Assembly: GCA_963695555.1 (NCBI GenBank)
Contig: CAVOGR010000007.1
Span: 795,216 to 859,215 of the forward strand
Direction: 5' to 3'
Length of the DNA stretch: 64,000 bases
Origin: an uncultured Gemmatimonadales bacterium
Lineage (GTDB): Bacteria; Gemmatimonadota; Gemmatimonadetes; Gemmatimonadales; GWC2-71-9
Shown here: in pieces, positions 21,057 to 30,644 of the stretch
How positions within the stretch are numbered: position 1 is the first letter of the stretch
Layout: each line of letters begins with the position of its first letter
Position numbers and translations under genes: made by a program
The notes under the pieces: generated by a model
Seen by the model: only the letters and a program-made list of their open reading frames with translations
Databases searched by the model: none
What the model was told of the DNA's origin: nothing

Positions 21057-21275
21057 GTGCCCCTGAGCGGTGTCCGCATTTCTCGGTGCGTCTGCCTCCG
21101 AGCACCCTTTGCGGGGCTGCTGACCCGCGCCCGGGCGTCGGCTTGGAACTTGCAATCGCTCATGCGTGAAACGGGGTGCGGCGCCCAGTGCGGGCTCTGC
21201 CGGCCGTATCTCCGCAGAATGCTCGAGACGGGAGAGACGGTGTTCGCGGAAATCCTGACCGAGGACGCACCCTGA
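21057..21275 (+). CDS. BFD-like [2Fe-2S]-binding protein
   Basis: CVC...TGCGAQCGLCRPYL cysteine spacing typical of BFD domains. Confidence 0.7.
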   Translation: MPLSGVRISRCVCLRAPFAGLLTRARASAWNLQSLMRETGCGAQCGLCRPYLRRMLETGETVFAEILTEDAP

Positions 21276-21340
21276 GTCTGCCAACCAGCCCACCCACCAC
21301 GACCGAGGGCCGTCCCACCGGCTCCTGGCGCATCGAGGCG

Positions 21341-22882
21341 GTGCCCCAGTCCGCTCGCGAGTGGTGGAAACGGCTATACTCGACCACGGGGCTCACCTTT
21401 TGGACCGTCGTCCTGGGCTGGGCAGCCATCGTTCTCATCCGACGGGAACGGTTGGAGGGGTACGCATTGGCAGTCGCGGCCACGGGCTTGGGCGTCTTCG
21501 CGCTCCAACGCAATTTGCTCCTCAGGAGACGCTACGAATCCCGGGTCCGCACCGCGCTCGGCACGGCCGCCGCACGGAACCGGGAGCTCGAGACCCTCCG
21601 TCGCCTCGCCTCGAGCCTCTTGGCCGGAAGAGAGTTGCCGGAACTCTTCAGGGAAATCGCGGTTGCCGCCACCGAACTCATCCAGGCCAAGGTGGGCCTC
21701 GTGTGCATGCTGGTCGAGGAAGGGCGATTCCTCAAGGTGGTGGCGGCCGCGGGTGGGCCGCCCGACATCGTCGGACAGCTGGTGCCGACGGATCATTCGC
21801 TCGTCGGGTGGGTGGCCACCACAGAAGAGCCCCTGGTGTCCGAGAACATCGAGGAGGACCCCCGGAATTATCACATCACCGCCCAGGGCGTCACCCTCCA
21901 AACATGTGCAATCGTCCCGCTTCGGTCCGCAGGGGTCGTGATCGGGACCGTCAGCGTGTACGACCGCGCTGACGGTCAGTCATTCGATCCCTCCGACGTC
22001 AATCTCCTGAATACGCTTGGCCACCAAGTTGTGGTGGGGCTCGATCGCACCAACATGCTGAACGAGTCTCGGCAGTACGCCAAGGCCCTCGCCGCCAAGA
22101 ACGTGGAGCTCCTCCGCACCACCCAGCTCAAGGACCAGTTCCTCGCCAACATGTCCCACGAGCTCCGGACCCCGCTGAACGCAATCATCGGCTTTTCCGA
22201 CCTCCTCCTCACAGAGGAACTCGGCTCGGTGAACTCGCAGCAACGGGACTTCCTCGATTCGGTGTCGCGCAATGGACAACACCTCCTCGAACTGATCAAT
22301 GAGGTTCTCGATCTCTCGAAGATCGAAGCCGGACGCATGAAGCTCGACTTCGCCCGCACCGAGCTGGCCGACGCCATCCGGGGTGCCGTTGCCGACACGG
22401 AGAGCCTGCGAGCCTCCAGGCAGCAGACCTGCGCTCTCCACCTGGAGGATGCCCCTTTCGCCGTCGTCGCGGATGGGACCCGGGTGCGGCAGATCCTCTA
22501 CAACCTGCTGTCCAATGCGTCCAAGTACACCACCACCGGCGGGCACATCAACATCTCGGCGGTGAAGACCCGGGCCCCGCTTCCCTACTCGATCGACGGG
22601 GCCGTGGGCGATACCCGCCTGGTCACCCGCGACGCCATCTGGGTATCGGTCATGGACAACGGCATCGGAATCCGGCCGGACGACCTTGGGACGCTCTTTA
22701 GCGAATTCACGCAGGTAGATAGCTCAGCCAGCCGAGATCAACAGGGCACCGGCCTTGGCCTCGCCTTGTGCAAGCGGCTCGTGGAGCTTCACGGAGGCGC
22801 GATCGGGGTGGAGTCGATTTACGGGACGGGCAGCGCGTTCTGGTTCATCCTGCCGGTCGAGGGGCCGCGCACCACCGCCTGA
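21341..22882 (+). CDS. GAF-domain sensor histidine kinase
   Basis: Two TM segments, GAF domain, FLANMSHELRTPLN H-box, NLLSNA, DNGIGI, GTGLGL; start approximate. Confidence 0.92.
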   Translation: MPQSAREWWKRLYSTTGLTFWTVVLGWAAIVLIRRERLEGYALAVAATGLGVFALQRNLLLRRRYESRVRTALGTAAARNRELETLRRLASSLLAGRELPELFREIAVAATELIQAKVGLVCMLVEEGRFLKVVAAAGGPPDIVGQLVPTDHSLVGWVATTEEPLVSENIEEDPRNYHITAQGVTLQTCAIVPLRSAGVVIGTVSVYDRADGQSFDPSDVNLLNTLGHQVVVGLDRTNMLNESRQYAKALAAKNVELLRTTQLKDQFLANMSHELRTPLNAIIGFSDLLLTEELGSVNSQQRDFLDSVSRNGQHLLELINEVLDLSKIEAGRMKLDFARTELADAIRGAVADTESLRASRQQTCALHLEDAPFAVVADGTRVRQILYNLLSNASKYTTTGGHINISAVKTRAPLPYSIDGAVGDTRLVTRDAIWVSVMDNGIGIRPDDLGTLFSEFTQVDSSASRDQQGTGLGLALCKRLVELHGGAIGVESIYGTGSAFWFILPVEGPRTTA

Positions 22883-22885
22883 CGC

Positions 22886-23533
22886 TCAGCCGCGCGCGGC
22901 CGCCCGCCGCACCGCCAGTTCCTTCTCGACGCGGGCGCGGATCATCTCAATCCCAATCTGGTTTTGGCCGCCCTCCGGCAGGATCACGTCGGCATAGCGC
23001 TTCGAGGGCTCGACGAACTCCAGGTGCATGGGCCGGACCGTCGACAAGTACTGCTCGATCACGCTGTCGAGCGAACGTCCCCGCTCTTGGATATCACGTC
23101 GCAATCGGCGAATGAACCGGATATCCTCGGCCACATCCACAAACACCTTGATGTCGAACAAGGACCTGAGCCGGGCGTCGGCAAAGAGCAGGATGCCGTC
23201 GACCAGAATGACCTCGCGCGGCTCGACATGCATCCGCGTCTGGGCGCGGGTATGCAGCGCGTAGTCGTACGTCGGCTTTTGAACCGCATGGCCGCGCGCC
23301 AGCTGATCGAGTTGCTCCACCAGCAGTGGGACGTCGAAGGCATCGGGATGGTCGTAGTTGACCGCCTTCCGCTCGTCGAACCCGAGATCGGAAAGGTCGC
23401 AGTAATAGGAATCGGCATCCAACAGCACGGCATCCACGCCGAGGGGCTCGTGGATCGCCCGGGCCACGGTGGTTTTGCCGGAGCCGCTCCCGCCCGCCAC
23501 TCCGACGATCAGGGAGCGCGCGACCGGGGTCAA
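22886..23533 (-). CDS. udk: Uridine kinase
   Basis: GVAGGSGSGKTT, NYDHPDAFD, RRDIQERGRS, PMHLEFVEPSKRYAD. Confidence 0.93.
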   Translation of the reverse strand: MTPVARSLIVGVAGGSGSGKTTVARAIHEPLGVDAVLLDADSYYCDLSDLGFDERKAVNYDHPDAFDVPLLVEQLDQLARGHAVQKPTYDYALHTRAQTRMHVEPREVILVDGILLFADARLRSLFDIKVFVDVAEDIRFIRRLRRDIQERGRSLDSVIEQYLSTVRPMHLEFVEPSKRYADVILPEGGQNQIGIEMIRARVEKELAVRRAAARG

Positions 23534-23644
23534 CGAGGCTCCCGGGTCCGTGGAGGCCTGCCGGCCGGTACGGGGCACATAGCGTGAAACTGCCCGGTGC
23601 GGGGGCGCTCGCAAGGGCCACCGGCTGCGGAGTGCGGAGTGGGC

Positions 23645-24037
23645 CTACGCATCATCAAGAAGAGCCTCGGCCTCGATCTCGACTAGGATGTCCGGTGCGA
23701 TGAGCCGCTGTACCTCCACCATGCTGGTGGCCGGCCGGATATCGCCGAAGAAGGCGCGATGCGCATCACCGACGGCCTCCCACGCGGTGATATCGACGAC
23801 GTAGATGCGCGTTCGGACGACATCGGCAAGCGTGGCACCGAGGCCGCGCAGGGCGGTTTCGATGTTCTTGATGGCTTGAATGGTCTGGGCGTACGGGTCA
23901 TCCAGCCCGACGATGTTGCCATCGGCTCCGGTAGCTGTTGTACCGGACACATAGACATGGGGTCCCATCCGTACCGCCCGGGAGTAGCCGACGAGCGGCT
24001 CCCACGTCGTCCCGCTCGATAGGTTCCTGCGTTCCAT
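23645..24037 (-). CDS. RidA/YjgF family protein
   Basis: [36 protein letters not shown]. Confidence 0.9.
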   Translation of the reverse strand: MERRNLSSGTTWEPLVGYSRAVRMGPHVYVSGTTATGADGNIVGLDDPYAQTIQAIKNIETALRGLGATLADVVRTRIYVVDITAWEAVGDAHRAFFGDIRPATSMVEVQRLIAPDILVEIEAEALLDDA

Positions 24038-24058
24038 CTGGTACCTCCAAGCGCTGCC

Positions 24059-24541
24059 TCATACCTCCTGAGCGGAATGCACCACCACGGGGTCGAGCGG
24101 CACGTCGTCGTGTCCCGCACGCGCACCGCAGGAAACGGCAGCGATCGTGTCCACCACGTCCATTCCTTCCACCACCTCACCGAAGACGGCGTACCCAAAG
24201 TCCCGCGCTCCATGATCGAGAAAGGCATTATCCGCCAGATTCACGAAGAACTGCGAGGTGGCGCTGTTCACGTCCGCCGTCCGGGCCATCGAGAGCGTGC
24301 CGCGCGTATTCTTCACTCCATTGTCCGCCTCGTTCTTGATCCCGCCGCGAGCCGGCTTTTGCGACATCGCCGGGGTGAAGCCTCCGCCTTGAATCATGAA
24401 GCCCGGCAACACGCGATGGAAGATGGTGCCGTCGTAGAAGCCCTCGCGCACATAGGTCAGGAAGTTCTCCGTCGTGATCGGAGCCCGGTCGGTATAGAGC
24501 TCGACCGTGAAGGTGCCACGCGACGTGCGGAATTCAACCAT
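24059..24541 (-). CDS. Cyclophilin-type peptidyl-prolyl isomerase
   Basis: [40 protein letters not shown]. Confidence 0.95.
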   Translation of the reverse strand: MVEFRTSRGTFTVELYTDRAPITTENFLTYVREGFYDGTIFHRVLPGFMIQGGGFTPAMSQKPARGGIKNEADNGVKNTRGTLSMARTADVNSATSQFFVNLADNAFLDHGARDFGYAVFGEVVEGMDVVDTIAAVSCGARAGHDDVPLDPVVVHSAQEV

Positions 24542-24568
24542 CGGAAGCCTCCAGGGGTGACGATCCGA

Positions 24569-25237
24569 TCAGCGAAAGGAGACGATCTCTTCGAGCGACT
24601 TCCGCCGAATGTCCGGGACCCTCGCATCTGCCGCGGGATATCCCACCACCAACAGAAGAAAGGGGCGTTCGTGCGCCGGTCGCTCGAGGATGTCGTTCAG
24701 GAATTTCATGGGACTCGGGGTATGGGTCAGGGTGGCCAACCCCGCATGATGGAGCGCCGTGATCAAGATGCCCGTGGCGATGCCAACCGATTCCGTCACA
24801 TAATAATGCTGCAGCGAATGTCCATCGGGGTCCAGGCCGTGGCGCTCGGCGAAGATGGCGATGAGCGCGGGTGCCTCTTCCAAGAATGGCTTCCGCTCAT
24901 CGGTGCCGAGCGGTTCCAGCGCCTCCAACCACTCGGGCGGGGCGCGCCTGGTGTAGAACGCGTGCTCCTCCCGCTCCGCCGCTTCGCGAATCCGGCGCTT
25001 GACGGCCGGATCTTCGACTACCACGAAGTGCCAGGGCTGATGATTGGCTCCGCTCGGTGCGGTGCCCGCCGCTCGCAGGCACTCCTCGAGAACGGGCCGC
25101 GGCACCGGACGGGTCGAGAAGTGCCGCACGCTGCGCCGTCGGCCCATGGCCGCGGCGAAGGACGCGGCGCGGCGCTCCATTTCCTCAGGTGGGTGCTCCT
25201 CGTATCCGGCCAGGGGAACAAAGGATGGTCGCGTCAT
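24569..25237 (-). CDS. Nitroreductase superfamily, iodotyrosine deiodinase-like
   Basis: [48 protein letters not shown]. Confidence 0.8.
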   Translation of the reverse strand: MTRPSFVPLAGYEEHPPEEMERRAASFAAAMGRRRSVRHFSTRPVPRPVLEECLRAAGTAPSGANHQPWHFVVVEDPAVKRRIREAAEREEHAFYTRRAPPEWLEALEPLGTDERKPFLEEAPALIAIFAERHGLDPDGHSLQHYYVTESVGIATGILITALHHAGLATLTHTPSPMKFLNDILERPAHERPFLLLVVGYPAADARVPDIRRKSLEEIVSFR

Positions 25238-25389
25238 AGCTGCCGTTCTTTCCGGATGACGGATTGGTGGCGTCGCTGGCCCAAACGAGGCGGTCCCGCC
25301 GATATTCCATCGACTCCAAGGACAGTCATTCCCTGACGGGGGGCGCGAGCCGCCACGCCCCGGCAGCGACATTCAACCGGAGACCCCTG

Positions 25390-26280
25390 ATGCAAGATCT
25401 CCTCGCGTACTTCAATCTATCCAACGTGCTGGGCGTGGCCATTACCTTCGCGCCAAAGGTGATTGCCGCCATCCTGGTCATCGCCGTCTTCTGGATGCTG
25501 ACGCGGGTGACCACGCCCGGTATTCGGCGACTGCTCGTCCGGGCGCGGTTCGCCGAGCCGCTGATCCACCTTCTGGTCGACAACGTGTACCGCTGGACGC
25601 TCTTCACCGTCGCCTTGGTGATGGCGGCGAGCCAGCTCGGTATCGATGTCGCCGCCGCCCTGGCCGGCATCGGCGTGGTGGGCATCGCGGTCGGGTTCGC
25701 AGCCCAGGAGACGATCGCCAACATGATTGCCGGCTTCCTGATCTTCTGGGACCGGCCATTCGAAGTCGGAGACTACGTCACCACCTTGGGCAAGTACGGT
25801 CAAGTGCGGGACATCACGATGCGCACCACGCGTATCCGGACGCCGGAGAATACCTTTGTCGTCCTCCCCAATAAACAAATCATCGGCGAATTGCTGGTGA
25901 ACCATTCCATGCTCGGTCACATGCGCGTGAACATCCCGCTGGGAATCGCGTACAAGGAGGACATCCGCCGCGCCAGGCCGATACTGCTGGAAGCAGCCCG
26001 CGCCACGCCGGGCGTGCTGGCCGATCCCGCTCCTGACGTGGTCACCAGCGAGCTGGGCGGATCGAGCGTCAACCTGCAGGTCCGGGTGTGGATCCATGAC
26101 GCCAAGGAGGAGTTGTCGGTGTTCTTCAATACCCTCGAGGCCTGCAAGATCGCGCTCGACACCGCGGGCATCGAAATCCCCTACCCGCACCTCCAGCTGT
26201 TCATCGACGACGTGCGCCCACAGGTATGGGACAAGCTCGCGGCGTGGAGCGCCGGATCGCCTGGCCCGGGCGGCACGTAG
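25390..26280 (+). CDS. Small-conductance mechanosensitive channel (MscS family)
   Basis: GIAVGFAAQETIANMIAG, RPFEVGD, GIEIPYP. Confidence 0.9.
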   Translation: MQDLLAYFNLSNVLGVAITFAPKVIAAILVIAVFWMLTRVTTPGIRRLLVRARFAEPLIHLLVDNVYRWTLFTVALVMAASQLGIDVAAALAGIGVVGIAVGFAAQETIANMIAGFLIFWDRPFEVGDYVTTLGKYGQVRDITMRTTRIRTPENTFVVLPNKQIIGELLVNHSMLGHMRVNIPLGIAYKEDIRRARPILLEAARATPGVLADPAPDVVTSELGGSSVNLQVRVWIHDAKEELSVFFNTLEACKIALDTAGIEIPYPHLQLFIDDVRPQVWDKLAAWSAGSPGPGGT

Positions 26281-26307
26281 CCGCGCGCGCGCCATCGGCC
26301 GCCACGG

Positions 26308-27576
26308 TCACCCGGAGATGGGCAGCCGCACCGGCATTTCCGCCACGGGCCGGTGCTCGGTCTCGACGGAGGCCCGCACGGCGATGTGGTCGTGATACCA
26401 CTTCGCGGCCGGAAACGCCGTGATGCCATGAGCGAAGATGCTGAAGAGCACGGTGATCACGGCGGCCGCCAGGATCGTCTGCTCCCCCACGAGGTCGAAC
26501 TCTTCGACCAGGATGAGCGCGAAGAGAAGCGAGGCGATGCCGCGGGGCCCGAACCAGCCGATGAACAGGGTCGTGGCCGGGCGCAGTCTCAGGCCAGCCA
26601 GACTCAGGGCTACCGGCACCATGCGAACGACGGTCAAGCTGAGAAATGCGTAGCTCGCCAGCTGCCAGGTCATGTGCGCGAAGGCAAGCGGCACCATGAC
26701 CAGGCCGAAGATCAAGAACATGAGGAGGGTCAGGAGTTGCCCTTCGGCCTCGGCGAATTCGTAGAGGCAGGTGCAGATTGATCGGCAACAGTTGCCGACG
26801 GTGATGCCGGCGGTGAATGCCGCGATGAATCCGTTCCCGCCAACGAGCTCCGCGAGACCGAAGGCCATGAGTGACAGCCCCAGGGCCGAGAGATCCTGGA
26901 AGCTGTGCGTCATCCAGCCGGTTCGACCGCACCACTCGACCAGACGGCCGCCGAAATATCCGACGCCCAGACCGATCAGCGGTCCGAGCGTGAGTTGGAG
27001 CACCACGAAGCGCCCCCAGTACCCTGCCCCGCCTCCTTGCTCGGACATACCGGCGAAGGACAAGGCCAGGAGGAGGACGGGCAGGACGATTCCGTCGTTC
27101 AGGCCGCTTTCCACATTCAGCGCCTGACGGATCCGCACCGGCACCAGGCTGCTGGACACGACGGCCTGTCCCAGAGCCGCATCGGTCGGCGCGAGCAGGA
27201 CCGCCAGGGCTGCCGCTTCCCAGAACTCGAGCCGTGCGCCGAAGATGCCAAGCGCCAGGACGGCGCCGAGCAGAATCGTCAGTGGCAATCCGACAGCCAG
27301 GAGACGGACCGGGATGTCGTGCTCACGTCGGAGCACCCCTAGGTCGATACGCGCCGCATCGGTGAACAAGACCAGGATGAGCGTCAACTCAGCCAATCCA
27401 TGGATCCACGGCGCATCGATGCTGAAGCTCTGCAAGCCGAGCAGCGAGGGTCCGATGACAAACCCATACGCCGCAAACACCATCGGCGGGGTGATGATAC
27501 TCCGCTGGGCCCGTCCGGACACGGCCCCAAAGCCGATGATCCCGGCCGCGAGAAGGACGAACCCTACAATCTGCAT
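26308..27576 (-). CDS. Cation:proton antiporter (CPA1/NhaP-like)
   Basis: LAPTDAALG, NVESGLNDG, GWFGPRGIAS; multiple TM segments. Confidence 0.9.
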   Translation of the reverse strand: MQIVGFVLLAAGIIGFGAVSGRAQRSIITPPMVFAAYGFVIGPSLLGLQSFSIDAPWIHGLAELTLILVLFTDAARIDLGVLRREHDIPVRLLAVGLPLTILLGAVLALGIFGARLEFWEAAALAVLLAPTDAALGQAVVSSSLVPVRIRQALNVESGLNDGIVLPVLLLALSFAGMSEQGGGAGYWGRFVVLQLTLGPLIGLGVGYFGGRLVEWCGRTGWMTHSFQDLSALGLSLMAFGLAELVGGNGFIAAFTAGITVGNCCRSICTCLYEFAEAEGQLLTLLMFLIFGLVMVPLAFAHMTWQLASYAFLSLTVVRMVPVALSLAGLRLRPATTLFIGWFGPRGIASLLFALILVEEFDLVGEQTILAAAVITVLFSIFAHGITAFPAAKWYHDHIAVRASVETEHRPVAEMPVRLPISG

Positions 27577-27607
27577 GCGCCCGAGGAGTGTGAGGCTCAC
27601 CGCCCGG

Positions 27608-28021
27608 TCATCGGGCGTGCGCCAGTGCCGCGGCGACCCGTTCCAGCCGGGCGTGTGCCTCGCCGGCGATTTCGCGCACGACGGGATCCGCATCGAGATT
27701 CCCAACCTTCATGAGCACGGTGGGGTCGCCGATGCGGACGATACTTCCGCCCTCCGGCAGTGCCTCGACGGTCACGTTACACGGCAGCATGAGCCCCACT
27801 TCCGCCGAGTGGTTGAGCGCCCGGTGCGCCAGCACCGGGTTGCAGGCACCGAGGATGACGTACGGGCGGAACTCTTCGTTGAGCTTCTCCTTGAGCGTCG
27901 CCTTGACGTCAATAGTCGTGAGCACACCGAACCCCTCGGCCTTGAGCGCCGCCCGGGCCCGGTCGATCGCGGTTTGATACGGGGCATCGAGCTGGACTTC
28001 GAATCCGAGTCTTTCGGGCAT
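27608..28021 (-). CDS. DUF302 domain protein
   Basis: EGFGVLTTIDV, YVILGACNP, GLMLPCNV. Confidence 0.88.
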   Translation of the reverse strand: MPERLGFEVQLDAPYQTAIDRARAALKAEGFGVLTTIDVKATLKEKLNEEFRPYVILGACNPVLAHRALNHSAEVGLMLPCNVTVEALPEGGSIVRIGDPTVLMKVGNLDADPVVREIAGEAHARLERVAAALAHAR

Positions 28022-28033
28022 GGCGAGTTGTCC

Positions 28034-29278
28034 TTATGAAACTGGTGACTGGTCTCCCTGCCCCATGGTTGACACCACCTTCACTTCCGAGTGCAGGGTC
28101 CGGTGGACGGGGCAGCGGTCGGCGATCTCCAGGAGCCTTGCCCGCTGGGCGTCATCCAGGGGACCGGCGACCTCGATGTTGCGCGTGATCCGATCGATCC
28201 GGCCTTCCTTGGTTTCACAATCGCCGCAATCCTTCGCGTGGACCTTGCCGTGGGCAAGTTGCACCCGGATCCCCTCGAGAGGCCAGCCTTTCCGGTCGGC
28301 ATACATGCGAAGCGTCATCGACGTGCACGCCCCGAGCGCAGCCAGCAAGAATTCGTAGGGGTTGGGGCCGGTGTCGGTGCCCCCCAGATTGACCGGCTCG
28401 TCCGCCAGCAGATGGTGCGCGCCAGCCCACACTGAATTGGCAAAACCGGACGGACCACCCTCCACCAGGACCTCGCCGTGGGGCAGCCCTGCCAGCGGCC
28501 GGACCGCTGGCTCCGTGGGGCGGACATACCGGGTCATCCACGCGGCCAGGGTCCGGCCGATGAACGCGGCATCATCCGGATTTTGAAGCAGGAGATGATC
28601 GGCACCATCGAGCGAGATGAAGCTCTTGGGGTGCTTGGCTGCGTCGTAGATCTGCCGCGCATGCTCGATGCCGACTATGGCATCGGTCGGCGAATGGAAG
28701 ATGAGCAACGGGCGGCCGAGGGTTGTAATGGCAGCGTGGAGGCGCTGCGCGCGCAGGTCCTCGAGGAGTTGCCGACGGATTCGGAAGGGACGCCCGCCAA
28801 GCGAGACCTGGGCAACCGCCTCGCTTTCCAGCTGCGGCGCGGCCCGCTCCAACTTTTCGGCGAGGTGCGCCGGGTCGCTCGGCGCCCCGATCGTGGCCAC
28901 CGCCTTCACCGCGGGAAGCCGCTGTGCCACCGCGAGAACCGCGGAGCCGCCGAGGCTGTGGCCCAAGAGAAGTGACGGGGCCTCCAGGATCGTGCCGAGG
29001 TGACGGCACGCGGCTTCCAGATCCGCGAGATTGGACGAGAAATTCGTGTCGGCAAAGTCGCCTTCGCTCTCGCCCAGTCCGGTAAAGTCGAACGAGAAGA
29101 CGGCCACGCCTTCATCGACCAGGGCGCGGCTGATCCGGCGGACGGCCTTCAGGTCCTTGGAGCAGGTGAAGCAGTGCGCGAACAGTGCGGTAGCCCAGTG
29201 CCCGTCGTCGGGCCGCTCCAAGCGGGCCACCAGCTGATCGCCGGACGTGCCGGGAAAGCTGAGCGTTTCGCTGATCAT
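28034..29278 (-). CDS. Bifunctional alpha/beta hydrolase / OsmC family protein
   Basis: AHCFTCSK, GHSLGG, HPKSFISLDGADHLL; ALGACTSMT, CPVHRTL. Confidence 0.9.
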   Translation of the reverse strand: MISETLSFPGTSGDQLVARLERPDDGHWATALFAHCFTCSKDLKAVRRISRALVDEGVAVFSFDFTGLGESEGDFADTNFSSNLADLEAACRHLGTILEAPSLLLGHSLGGSAVLAVAQRLPAVKAVATIGAPSDPAHLAEKLERAAPQLESEAVAQVSLGGRPFRIRRQLLEDLRAQRLHAAITTLGRPLLIFHSPTDAIVGIEHARQIYDAAKHPKSFISLDGADHLLLQNPDDAAFIGRTLAAWMTRYVRPTEPAVRPLAGLPHGEVLVEGGPSGFANSVWAGAHHLLADEPVNLGGTDTGPNPYEFLLAALGACTSMTLRMYADRKGWPLEGIRVQLAHGKVHAKDCGDCETKEGRIDRITRNIEVAGPLDDAQRARLLEIADRCPVHRTLHSEVKVVSTMGQGDQSPVS

Positions 29279-29455
29279 CCTCGACCTCGTGGTGGGGCGG
29301 ACCGCATCGCTGCGGCTCCGGGGAAGCTAACCGGCTTCGACGGGTGCGGCGAGACGGGAGCCCTTGACCCGTGCACAACTTGGGGATAACTCCGACGCTT
29401 GCCGATTTGTCGGCGGCGAAACACCATGAACGTTCGCCATTGAGGCCTGCGCACG

Positions 29456-30628
29456 ATGTTACAACCCCGTAATCGAAGCCTGCACCGTGCAATCCACTTT
29501 GGCATCACGGCGCTCGTGGTGGCCGCCGCGGCCTGCGCCACCCGCGCACGCCCGGTCGCCGCACCGGCCCCGGTTCCTGCCCTCGAGGAGATCTCCTCGA
29601 GCCTGATTCTCATCGGCGATGCTGGGGCACCTGACCCCCGCGGCGAACCGGTATTCCAGGCGCTCAGGTCCAACATCGCCGATCGGGACGTCGAAACGCT
29701 CGTGGTGTTCCTGGGGGATCTGCTGTACCCCCGAGGCCTCCCCGAGGCCGGAGCCGTCGACCGCGCGGAAGGGGAACGCCGGCTCGCCGCCCAAGCCGAT
29801 GTCGTGACGGGCACCGACGCGCGCGCGATCCTGATCCCGGGCAATCACGATTGGGCCAAGGGCGGCGACGGCGGCTGGCAATCGGTGCTCCGCGAGCAGG
29901 CCTTCATCGGCAACCGCGGCAACCCTCGGGTCGAATATCTCCCGGGTGACGGCTGTCCGGGCCCGGCCGTTCGCGACGTCGGGGCCCACCTGCGCGTCAT
30001 CGTGCTGGACACCCAGTGGTTGCTCCACGGCGGTCCGAAGCCCATGGACTCGGCTCCGCCCTGTGCCACCGACGCTCCCGGAGGCTGGGTGGCTCTGCTT
30101 CGATCGGCCCTCGCGGCGGCGGGCGAACGGCACGTGGCCGTCGTGTCGCACCACCCGCTCCGCTCCACCGGGCCGCATGGCGGGCATTTCCCGTGGACCG
30201 ATCACATCTTTCCGCTTCGGGCGTGGAAGAAGTGGCTCTGGGTGCCATTGCCCGTGATCGGCTCGATCTATCCCCTGTCGCGCAAGTGGGGCATCTCGTC
30301 CCAGGACGAATCCAGCGGCGAGTATCGGGCGCTCATCGACACGTTGGAGCAGGCATTCGCCGAGCACCGCCCGCTCATCTATGCCGCGGGCCACGAGCAT
30401 GTGCTGGAGATCCTGGACGGAGAGGCGGCGCGTTTTCTCTTGGTGAGCGGAGCCGGATACTACGGCCATACGAGCCCGGTCGGCTGGCGCGATGAGACGC
30501 GCTTCGCCGCGTCGAAGTCTGGTTTCATGCGGGTCGATGTGCTGACATCCAACCGGGTGCGCCTCGGCGTCTGGATCGCCGACGAAACCGGCCGGGCGGA
30601 AGAAGCATTCTCGATGTGGCTCGAATGA
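29456..30628 (+). CDS. Secreted/lipoprotein metallophosphoesterase
   Basis: IGDAG, FLGD, PGNHDW, HHP, GHEH calcineurin-like motifs; AAAC lipobox. Confidence 0.88.
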   Translation: MLQPRNRSLHRAIHFGITALVVAAAACATRARPVAAPAPVPALEEISSSLILIGDAGAPDPRGEPVFQALRSNIADRDVETLVVFLGDLLYPRGLPEAGAVDRAEGERRLAAQADVVTGTDARAILIPGNHDWAKGGDGGWQSVLREQAFIGNRGNPRVEYLPGDGCPGPAVRDVGAHLRVIVLDTQWLLHGGPKPMDSAPPCATDAPGGWVALLRSALAAAGERHVAVVSHHPLRSTGPHGGHFPWTDHIFPLRAWKKWLWVPLPVIGSIYPLSRKWGISSQDESSGEYRALIDTLEQAFAEHRPLIYAAGHEHVLEILDGEAARFLLVSGAGYYGHTSPVGWRDETRFAASKSGFMRVDVLTSNRVRLGVWIADETGRAEEAFSMWLE

Positions 30629-30644
30629 GCGGGAGGACAACGCG

